Positions 53,700 through 64,000 of a stretch of DNA of 64,000 nucleotides are shown here, piece after piece. Each line of letters opens with the position of its first letter. The stretch's first letter is position 1. The DNA lies in NCBI GenBank assembly GCA_030141605.1, contig JAQGDQ010000088.1, positions 1-64,000 of the forward strand, read 5' to 3'. The notes beneath the pieces are model-generated. The model was not told the origin of the DNA. It saw only the letters and a program-made list of their open reading frames with translations, and made no database searches. Origin of the DNA: Tubiluchus corallicola. Its lineage: Eukaryota > Animalia > Priapulida. A program made the position numbers and the translations under genes.

Positions 53700-55370
53700 C
53701 TTTGAGTTTCATAAACATTATTTGCCAATTAACTGTACCATTTTCAAACCAAAAATTGGCGGACATGGAAACCTGTGTACAGCATATAAATGAACACATG
53801 GACGACCTTGAAAATAGGTCTCCCAGCCAACACACTCCGAGAACAACCTTATTTTCTATGACGTTAAACAGGCTGGGCAAAATGAAACCTTGGCATATAC
53901 AGAGCAAATTTTGCGAAACAAATTAACTGCAGACATGGACATAGAACTAAATAGAGATATTTTACTTGAAAAATTGCATAACAGCAAGCACAAATGTAAG
54001 GTGAGCACCCACCCATCATGGCAAGTTTACAAAAACTATAAAGATACAAGAAGATGTATTATCTTGCTTTATTCAGAAATTGGGCAACGACTTTCAAGGT
54101 TTTTGGTTGAACAAGAGGGCAAGGGTGCAGAACAACAAACAAATTATGGATGGTCAGGTGTTTAATGTAATCAGTTGATTGAGTTTACAGTTAGTTGGGA
54201 AAGCTGCAAAGAGAAGACAACAGAAATGACTATGCTTGTAGCAAACAAAGAGGACAGAAGTGCATTGAATCAACCGAGGCAGCTTTCTACAGGTCGCAGG
54301 CTAAATGCATGTTCTTTTAGCCAAAAGGACAACTAAATAGAGGCCAACAGGATTATATATATATATGCTACTATGATATGGAACATTGGGTGAAAAGACA
54401 AAAGATTATGCTTGTGCATTATTAAACAGTTTGATTTTATAGGATTGACTGCTGAAAGATGTCTGTTTTGGTGTGGAAGACTATAATATTTATTGCTTTG
54501 ACCATGAAAAGGTTAAGATGGTTTCTAATACACTGTTCCACGATGTAAGAGGTATAACAGTGGTTCCCTCTCATCATGTTTATGTAAAAATACAAAGAAA
54601 CAATACAAAGCTGCTCTCCAGCAATTCAGAAAAAATAGAAATGATTTGGTAAGCAATTATTATTTTCATGTCGAAAAGAAAATGTACTATTTGAAATGAA
54701 AAGGCATCAGCACCAAGCCAAATTAAGAGAACAGTTAAAATAAGACTGCTCTGATAATTCTCAAAAATTTTGGGTGTTGCTAATAAACGTAGTAATCAAA
54801 GTACACTAAGTGGCCTCTTAGACCTTTCAAAATACTAGCAAATCCAATAACTGTTGAATAGTGCAGTATTTTGTTAGAACTCATAACTATTATAATTTTT
54901 GCGAAAGTAATGAAGAATAGTTTAACAAAGAATTCAATGAAAATGAATTGCAAATGCACGTGTTAACAAAATGAAAAGTGGGAAAGCGAGACATGGATGG
55001 TATGTATAGTTGGTGTATTAGATGGTATGTAATACAGTTGAGTGTATTAAAGCAAATTCTAGTGAATTATCATCTAACTTTTTAAACACTTGTTTTTGTA
55101 ACCCAGATAGAGACCCTAATACACAGGTACAGTATCAGTTTGCTAAATGTGACACAAAAGCTTTTTAAAGCACTGGACTTGAAAAATGGAACCAATATGT
55201 TGGAATCGTACCAGAAATACAGGGTGGTTTTTGTACAAATTACAGAACAACAGATAATATAATCGTCTTAACAACAATTGTTGATAAATTCTTAATCTTT
55301 CTGCTAACAAATTGTATGTTTATTTTGTAGCTTTTAAGACAGCGTTCAATTTGGTGGGCAAGACGACATG
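53700..55370 (+). mobile_element. Highly decayed non-LTR retrotransposon (LINE) between the MSL2 and POLR3F 3' ends
   Basis: ORF1-like coiled coil HMDDLENRS. RT-like GGFCTNYRTTDNIIVLTTIVDKF..YVYFVAFKTAFNLV near 55220-55355. Many stops; ends approximate. Confidence 0.6.
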
Positions 55371-56762
55371 TTAGTTGTATGAATTTGTCATTCTTGTATA
55401 AACTATAAATTAAACCTATTATTACTGCTGAGCTTGTACAGTTTACACCGTTTTATAAATCCACCTTGGTGTGAAGCTAAATACATTTATTAAGCAGCTG
55501 GATTTATAAACCGAAGAAACCTAATAAGCAGTGTTTTCTACGTTAATACAGTATAATTGTTTATTTATGAAGCCAATTATATTAACACTAAGTAAACTGC
55601 TTGCAAAAAGTATTTTAAGTAATGTGCAATAATTCATTAGCATTTGTATAAACAAAATAACTCACGCAAAGAATGTATTGTTTACCTGTGATGCCTTTTA
55701 TATGTGATAAACTGCTTGCCACGTTAAAAAATGCAATACAGGTAACTTTAGTATCATTAATGATTGACCATTCATTTGCCATTCATTTATTAAGTTCTCA
55801 CGTGCACAATAAATTTACAGTTACAATCGGCATTTCAGTTTAATTTAATTACGTATGCAAGACCATTATATAGCATGCAAAAAGTTTAAAGTCGAAACAT
55901 TTCCAGTGTGGTCTGTTTTAACTGATTTTTCAAAGACACCTTTGAATGTCTTGTTTGAGTTCGGCGAAGTGTCACTTGTTTGAGTAGTCACTGTTCTGCA
56001 GTCTATGTTCAAGTGTATCGCATTTCAGCAGCTCATATAGTAATTTCCAGTTCGTCATCATCGTCACCGCTGTCTTGTCGTTGAGGGTCATTAAGTGAAA
56101 AAATGCAAAGGTGTTAAAACATGCTTAAAACATAGAGGCTGATTTACCTCAAGTGAAAATGCAGGACAATCGTGTGCAAGGTGGATTCATAAAGCGAAGT
56201 TTGGATTCAATAAATAACAGATTTTACTAAGTTAATGTATTTCACAGTTCTGTTCCAGCAAAAGTGGCCACAATAAGCAGCTCGATTTATTATCCATGGA
56301 TTTATTAATCAGATTAAATGGTATTAAAGGTCTCATTTTATAATGATTTAGAATAACAATTCACTTATAACTTAGAAAATTAACTATATGTGACATATTA
56401 AGATTTTTTACACACAATTAAGATCCCTTAAGTCAAAAGAATACTGTATATTGATAAATTGTGTAACAAAATTAGCTTCAGGGAAAAACCCATTTTAATT
56501 GGAAAGAGTCTGAGACTGTACATAAATGAATGCTTGGAAGTTGGAAGTATAAATTTGTCTCGATTTGAATAGCAATGACAATGAAATGCATAATCTATGT
56601 ATGATCGAATTTCGGCATACAAACAACAAAAGAAATTTTGTAGTAAATATGTTGTGCACATACAAAACAGTGATTTGTACTTGATAATTTCCTACATGCA
56701 GCAGATTTTAGTAAGTCCAAACAATTATACAGGTTTACAAGTTATTATATAAACCAGTTCAG

Positions 56763-57698
56763 TTAATATTCTAACCATTCCTTCATATAGACACAGTTTG
56801 AAGATGAAACAACCCCACCATCATAACAATCATTATACACTGGACAAACTCCACAGGGAACACGCATTAAACCAGTATCTTGTATTAGCGGAGTTATAGA
56901 TCGGTACAATTTACTATTTCCAGCACTATCAGAAGAGCCTGCAGCAGCTACTACAGCTTTTTCCACTTTACCATCATAAATCAAAGTGTTAAGAATGGTT
57001 TCAATGTCTTCAAGAGATAGCAGAATTTTACTAATACCCAGTTCTGAAATGAATTTCCAGACGTCATGCGAGGAAGCATACGAAGCATTTCTCTGCAAGA
57101 TAGGATCAGTCTTTGACTGTTTAGCAGTTTCGGCTTTCTGTTGAAGAAATTTAAAACACTGTTGATTCAAAACATCAACAAATTCAGACTCAAAATCCTG
57201 GTCATTGTACCATGCACCACCAGTCACAGATCTGTCTGGTTCTAGGTTAAATAGCATGTAGACTTTTTTTCTAGATGCTGCAACAGATTTCACAGATTTA
57301 ATCAATTGTTTACTCTCTAAATTTTTCAAGATCTTGTTTACTTGTGTTAGAAGTAAATTGCTCTTGTAACGCACATCTCGAATCCAGATGCCTTTGTTTC
57401 CGGCTTCTTGCACGATTTGATAAATTAGCTTTTCCTGATTATCACCACCTTTTATGTCACCACTGCTTCTGGTATCTTTTAGTTTATAGATAAGCTGGCT
57501 TCCGCTTTTTAACAAATCAATTCTGCCACGTGAAAGTAAACGGTTGATTGCGGCAGCACGTTGTTGCGGTGTAATGTGCGGCATATCTTTCTGTATGATC
57601 CCATCATTTATTCCAGCTGGATTGCCATGGCAGAGATCTAAAATTCTACTTTCTAATTCGGTTGCATCTCGTGTTTCTTGCCTTGATTCTACTTCCAT
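56763..57698 (-). CDS. POLR3F: DNA-directed RNA polymerase III subunit RPC6 (C34/C39), single coding exon, 311 aa
   Basis: Winged-helix motifs AGNKGIWIRDVR, LKNLESKQLIKSVKSV, YMLFNLEPDRSVTGGAWY, QDFESEF; C-terminal Fe-S cysteines PCGVCPV..C..C. First ATG is at 57698 (MEVESRQ). The extra 15 codons in the ORF track start at GTG and run across a splice acceptor (tattttgtattttacag on the - strand, exon starting at 57720). Confidence 0.96.
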   Translation of the reverse strand: MEVESRQETRDATELESRILDLCHGNPAGINDGIIQKDMPHITPQQRAAAINRLLSRGRIDLLKSGSQLIYKLKDTRSSGDIKGGDNQEKLIYQIVQEAGNKGIWIRDVRYKSNLLLTQVNKILKNLESKQLIKSVKSVAASRKKVYMLFNLEPDRSVTGGAWYNDQDFESEFVDVLNQQCFKFLQQKAETAKQSKTDPILQRNASYASSHDVWKFISELGISKILLSLEDIETILNTLIYDGKVEKAVVAAAGSSDSAGNSKLYRSITPLIQDTGLMRVPCGVCPVYNDCYDGGVVSSSNCVYMKEWLEY

Positions 57699-58091
57699 AT
57701 CTGCACAAGTGGGTGCTGTACTGTAAAATACAAAATAGCCCACTGATTTAAATAGTTAAATGTTCAGTGTTAATAGTGACATATGGCAATGGATGTCAAT
57801 TGTACAATACAGTTTTTCTAAGTTGAATGAATCGCTGTTTAAGAGCAAAAAAATTTTATATGTCTATGTTATCAGCTGTTGCAGAGTACAGTTGTAATTT
57901 TCTTTGCTCTCGTAACAATGAAGTAATTAAGACACACAAACGGTTGTGCTGTGCTGGACTGGTTTAGGTTATACTTGACATATGTAGTATTCTACAGGTT
58001 TAACATGAAATAATATATAGAGAAATACAGTTTGTGAGTAGCCAATGTACTCGGCTTTCTGCTATATATAGTCCATCAAACTTGATTAACA

Positions 58092-61000
58092 TTGCATCTA
58101 ATTATTATTCATAATGAGTGTAGACATTCAGCCTCAGAGGAAAAGCAGTATGCAAAACGTGAAAGCCACTCTAGAAGCAGAGTTTTTGGACAGTTTACGA
58201 TAAATGCCAAACAAGAAGACATAGGGAAAATTGTTGTAAGAGGCAATAACCCGGTGAAGTTAATGCACAGTATCGAGAGTGCAATGAAAATCATCAAACC
58301 CAACACGACAGTGCAAATATCCGAAGATGGAACTGTCCATAGCTATAACAATTCTATGTCCAAAAGACTGACCTACGTGAGTGTTAACAATAATACTGGC
58401 ACTTTAGTGATACAAGAAGGATTCTGACATGATGTCACCAGAAATTGAGTTCCCTGCTGAGTATTGCATCTGAGATCAGCATTCTAGCCGATGCAGAACT
58501 AATACGTATGAGTGTTGAAAATAGCAATCCAAACGAGGTTGATCTGCATTCAACAGACAATGACCAATATTTTCTGGAATACACTCTACAAACTGATGAG
58601 GAAAACGAGACAGTAGTGAAAAGAGTAGGACGTAAACACCAACAGTTGCCAGAACAAACGACTTCAAAAAAATTGCCATTAACACAAAGAAATCTGTTGG
58701 AAAAAAGCATTTCTGAATTAAAACGTTTATAAGAGCAACAAAATTCACGTCTTTACAGGATGGAGCAATCATTGGTTGAGAGACTGCCAGATGGTTTAAT
58801 CGTACTCAGACATGTGCTTGCGCTACAGATATAAGAGAATTGTGCAATAAATTCGATAGTGTATCCCATTTGAAATCTGTCATCGAGAACAAAAACACCA
58901 TTATGTGAGATTTACAAACAGAACGTGAGAGCTATGTAAGAAGAATTTACAATCTTGAACTGGACTTCATCAATATTAACAGCACATTTCATCAATGCTA
59001 CTGTGATGAAATTAAAGAAAAAGATGATAGAATATAAAACTTACTGTATCAAGTGGAAAAACTGCAACAAGAAAACATACAGTGTAAAACTGAAAAGAAT
59101 AAACAACACAAAGAACTCAAGTCTTTACAAGAATGTTTAATGCAGAAAGATGGGCTAATTGAGAACATCCTATTAAATGCTCACACACGTGCCCGTAGCA
59201 TATGAAGCGGTGGTAACGACATGTTGTACAAAAACAAACGCCTGGAAAACATGTCCACGAGACAGGAAACAAGAAAACCTGCAAATGACAAACAAAGACT
59301 AAACAATATGGTGGGAGACAATACCCAACCACAAACGGAGTTCCTCTTCATTCATGATTCCATAGGGAAAGATGTTGAAGCGTCGCTCCTGCCGCGAAAT
59401 ACTGCAACAACACAGCCGCAAGCCTATACGCTCAGAGATTTGAAAGAAATAGCTGAAACTATTAATTGGACCAAAGTAATTATGGTTCACATAGGCATAA
59501 ATGACTTAGAGCAAATAGGTACAGAGTCGATAAACGATTATGTGAACAAATATGTAGAAGCAGTCTGTAGTTTGAAATGTAAATGTAAATGTAAAGCCTA
59601 ATTGTCTCACAGATAAACCCAAGTGGTAAAACCAACCTGATGTATTCAGTCAAATTGTTTAATGTAATGCTTGAAAAGCAGCTTAGTGATGTTGCAGGTA
59701 TTGTTCTCTGTAACCATAATAGTTTGTAGAACAATGGCCAAACAAGTATCCAGCGCAAGTTTTACAAGAATGACTTCCATCATTTGAATGAGTAAGGAAC
59801 AAAATACTTGCATCCCATTTAAAGTGCATGCTGCTGAAATCGAATAGGCCTGAGTCTGTTAATGTTAGCATGAAAAAGTCTAATGGGTTAGGACTTGCGC
59901 AGTTTAGCGACACAAATGAAACGGGGTATTCTAGTGACCCAATAACTGCTGTTATCCCAGAAATACCACAGTCACAAAACTAGATTAATTTAGTGGCTGA
60001 TAAAATACTAAGTGAAATATGTCAATACCTTAAATATACAGAAATACTACACAAACAGCAATTTGGTTTCAGAAAAAAAAAATCATAGTACAGTCGATGC
60101 AGTAACTATCATGACAGAAAACTGGCGCTATCTATTAGACCATAATGAATGTATTTCCACAGCTTTTTAGACCTTAGCAAAGCTTTTGACAGTCTATCTC
60201 ATTCCATGCTACTTAAAAAATTCCATACAACTGGATTTGATGAACACTCTATTAACCTAATTGCAAGTTATCTTTCAAATAGACAACAACGAGGTAAGCT
60301 TCAAAACAACACATATTCAGAATGGGGTACGATCAAAAATGGGGTACAGTTTTTGGTTTGCTGTTATTTATTATTTATGTAAACAATATTCCAAACATTT
60401 TAAAAAACTGCAGTGTGACACAATATGCAGATGATACCAATCTATCTACATATAACACAGACTCAAATATAGCTGTATAAACACTAAAACAAAACATAGA
60501 AGAAATCAAATCTATTCTGGATTTTTATCACTTACAAAAGAACCATGTAAAAACAGTATTTCTAATATTAAGTCCAAATGAAGCATGTAAAACTGATAAC
60601 CTAACACTTAACGTGCTTAATGAAACAATTTGTCAATCTAAAGAAACCAAATTCTTAGGTATGGCAATTAATAATAAACTAAAATGGGACAAGCAAGTTA
60701 ATAGCATCGTACAAAAAATGGGACAAGGTATTTCCTTTCTCAAACAAATAAAAGGCCAACTTGATAGCAAAACTAATTTATTAATCTACAAAATCATGGT
60801 CCTTCCTCATTTAATTTACAGCTGTCACGGTCACCTACTAATCAATCTAACAAGAAATCTTTTAAACAAACTGGACCTTATGCAAAACTATGCTTTAAAA
60901 CATATACTTGGCTATCAAATAAAGAAAAACTATTTAGCCACGGCAAACAGAAAAAAACTAAACGTTTCCACCATAGAAGCCATTATACAATACCATACCT

Positions 61001-61335
61001 TCATGTTCATTTATAAATATATACATAATATCAGCAAACCATTTGAATATAATTACGTACCTTTTATTAGACATAAACAGTTAAACAAGAGAACTCTTAA
61101 CATAAAACAAATTCAGATAAACACTAAACAAGGTCATAAGTCATAACTCAATACCTAAAGCAGCAATTAATATCTGGAATTCAGCATCCCAAGAAATAAA
61201 ATCTCAAACGAGTTTAAAAGACCTCAAAAAGAAACTCAAAAACACACTACTCAAAAATTACGAGAGGCCCCCTTACAAAAATGATAAAATAGCTACAAAT
61301 AATGATTACGTCTATATATTGCCAGCAGTATAATG
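58092..61335 (+). mobile_element. Decayed CR1/L2-group LINE: ORF1 with SGNH-esterase-like domain plus RT; endonuclease part missing
   Basis: FLFIHDSIGK..VIMVHIGINDL (esterase-type ORF1, 59221-59601). RT: QQFGFRK..HSTVDA..FLDLSKAFDSLSH..SYLSNRQQ..QYADDT..KFLGMAINNKLKWDKQV (60050-61146). The ORF1 and RT parts may come from different insertions. Confidence 0.8.
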
Positions 61336-61902
61336 TAAATTCCATAAAATAATCGAAATGAAAAAAGGCTCACTGTAAAAATACACATGTTAAAGTCATT
61401 TTTAAACGTTTTGTGTGTATGCGTTGTTGATGTGAATTTCATGAAGTTATATTTTGTAATTCAATTTTAATATTACGCTATGTAAATATGTAGATTTTAC
61501 CTCTTTTATTCACTTTTTTTAAAAATTAACTTTGGTAAATTTGTTCTTCTAGTTTAACACTATTGCCTACAACAGTTTTTGGCTGGTTATACATATCACA
61601 TTTTCATGTATTTTATCATACCTGTAAATGTGTATAACTAGCGCAATGAAGATTATACATACATATATATATTATATATATGCCAAGCAAATGATTTATT
61701 TACCAGTTAGTTTCAAGAATTAATAGAAATAGCAAAAAATGCGAAATCAAGTTAGAGTTTAGATTAATCAAACTACATTGTGGAATGGTGATGTTAACAA
61801 TAACGACACGGAAAAATTCTTTTTTATCGCTGTCGTATCGATAATGTTCTAGGAATATAGTTATCGTATCGAATTTGGCGCATATTGTTACTTACCGCTT
61901 AC

Positions 61903-62190
61903 CTTTATAAAATATATTCACTTCGTTTTTTTTTTTTTATTTAGAGTAATTACGCTAGAAAGTGGACGAAAAGAATTATGTAAAATCATCATGATCTTGT
62001 CAGATACCGAATCATTTTCTTGAACCTTCGCCTGGGAGTAACGGCTATCTTCATTCTGAATCATACTGACACGCGGTTTCCAAATACACTGTATCATCAA
62101 AGTTTAGGAAAAGGAAGTAACGAAATTTAATTGTTACGTATTTCGTTTTTGTGATTAGCGGCTATGCTAGCGGCATCAAACGGCGAATGA
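61903..62190 (-). other. Candidate non-coding first exon / promoter region of POLR3F
   Basis: Strong minus-strand donors (aag|gtaagc with intron starting at 61902, and a tandem g|gtaagt) next to a locally CpG-richer stretch. They would pair with the acceptor at 57721. The pairing is inferred. Confidence 0.4.
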
Positions 62191-62600
62191 TTAAAAACTT
62201 TTGAGCAGCGTGTTGACTGTAATAATAATATTCTTAAATACACCAGTAGTGTTGGCATACGTGCAATTTTGATAAGCCAAAGTCACGTTTGCGTTTTTTA
62301 ATAAAAGAAGAACATCTCAAATAAAAGCAATTATTAGTTTTATAAAACTAAAAACACATCATGAAAACGAAAAACAGTTGCAGCAATAAGTTTGTATTAC
62401 GTACTTGCAAGCACTTTTTAAGTTTTCTCGTAAGTAAAATTTTATTGTTCTTCCTGAGGAAAGAGGCTAGCTGACTGCATTATGGGCTGCCTACCATGTA
62501 AAGAAGTAATGCATTTTTTATTGATTTAATGATTTTTCTCTCCCTCCCTGTCTTAGAGAGAAATAGAGAGACAGAGAGGGGGAAGGAGGGAGGCACACAG

Positions 62601-62811
<211 letters not shown>

Positions 62812-62989
62812 ATCAATACAGTAGTAGAGATGAGTAGGACTGAACTGCCAGCCTAGGGCGTCGTAACGTCTTGATACACCCATGCACTCACACTCATATA
62901 CATGTATGATGTATGTATTCTATGAACAAAGCCTCTATATACTACTACTGGGTTGTATTTCTACCCATAAGTCTTCAATCTGAATAATA

Positions 62990-64000
62990 CTAGTTGGTGT
63001 CGGCAATAAATTAGAATTATCTTTATAGCAGTTAATCTTATATTCGTTGGTAATTTTAAATGATAAACTTTGGTGGGTATACAGGCTCAAACCAACAGCA
63101 GCAGATTTGAGTCAACATTTATAAATGAGTAGCCTGGGAGATCGCACTAGAAATAAGAATTTTCTTTAATACGAGTTTCACTCACAGCGATTATATGTGG
63201 GTGAAATGTCTGAATATTAATTAATATATCTAGTAGGTCAGTAAAGAATTTTTGAAGGCTGTTAGTATTTAGGTGTACAATAAAAAGATCTTTAGAACCA
63301 AGCTTTAAGTTAATGTCTTCTTGTAAAGTGGCTACCTTGAAATATTTTGAATCACAAAGATGTCTGTAATTATCAATATCATAGCATCTTTACTTACTTG
63401 ACTTAGAGAAGAAACATGTGAGAGCGTGTTATTGAAAGACTGGCTTCCAGGAAAAGTAAGTAGCTCAGAAAGGTCACTGTTGTCAATGCCCTGAAATAGA
63501 AGAGTAGAATTAATGCATGTCAGACAAAAGTAAGGATCATCTGATAATGCGAGAGACTGAAATTGTGTTTTCGTAAGAATTGTACAACGCCAGCTGTAAT
63601 ACAAGTCACAACAGATACATTTATATAGCCATGAACATGTCTTTAAACAAACTTTGCATAGTGAAGAAGAGTTAGAAGAGTTAAAAGTTTTAGCACTAAC
63701 AATATGCTAACAATAGATTAATTTTAGAATTTGCACTACTGGGTAGATTTAGTCGTCTGGGTTTTAATTTGTATTCATCATTTTTAGTGCCAGCTCTGGA
63801 TAGCGTCGAAGTCACCAGATCATGTCCATAAGTATTTGAAACTGTTCCGTTACTTAAATGCCAGGCAGCTTTTATATAGTGTTGGTCTTCTATCTGTCAT
63901 CCATTCGTTGATGGAGATTTTTTTATTCATGGTAAAACCTAATTGGTCTGCTGTTAGTGCTCTGCTTCTATGATTGTATAAACGTTCACGGACATCTGCA
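62990..64000 (-). mobile_element. Decayed CR1/Crack-like LINE: ORF1 end, PHD finger and start of the APE endonuclease; continues beyond the window
   Basis: Minus-strand ISINEWMT..FKYLWT (ORF1 end), CKVCLK..CICCD..DPYFCLTC (PHD), IVHLNTNSL..HIIAVSETRIK..PGYSF (APE N-terminus). Confidence 0.75.

Noticed and set aside
55920-56100. Acidic, exon-like stretch on the minus strand (QDSGDDDDELE)
   Set aside because: Short, stop-bounded, with no clear splice sites or recognisable homology; it could be UTR or TE debris.
57699-57743. 15-aa N-terminal extension of POLR3F in the ORF track
   Set aside because: It begins at GTG and spans a polypyrimidine/AG splice acceptor; the ATG at 57698 fits the family length.
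61836-61843. DRE-like TATCGATA near the putative POLR3F first exon
   Set aside because: A single 8-mer among TATCG-type repeats, downstream of the candidate donor; not enough to call regulatory.

Overview
AT-rich, intron-containing eukaryotic DNA from an animal, probably a protostome invertebrate. I found three host genes. (1) A dual oxidase (DUOX) on the + strand: I traced 28 GT-AG exons from 9268 to 35767, which splice into one open frame of about 1493 codons; the signal-peptide exon was not identified. (2) An MSL2 RING/CXC E3 ligase with an intronless CDS (51770-52879, +). (3) The RNA polymerase III subunit POLR3F/RPC6, also with an intronless CDS (56763-57698, -), convergent with MSL2. 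The rest is mostly transposon debris: degraded Gypsy elements upstream of DUOX, two related solo LTRs plus hAT and pogo-like elements in DUOX introns, a Harbinger MITE, a Gypsy element with 85-bp LTRs hit twice by a second Gypsy family, decayed LINEs and microsatellites. The most interesting observation concerns the DUOX. Its frame, heme histidines, EF-hands and FAD motif are intact, yet it departs from NOX/DUOX consensus at three points of the electron-transfer chain: the O2-site Arg (NOX2 R54 equivalent) is Ser, the NADPH motif GGGIGVTP reads GGGNGVIP, and the C-terminal ENF reads EKL. It is a candidate rewired or pseudo-oxidase DUOX paralog. All calls come from reading the sequence by eye; no searches were run.
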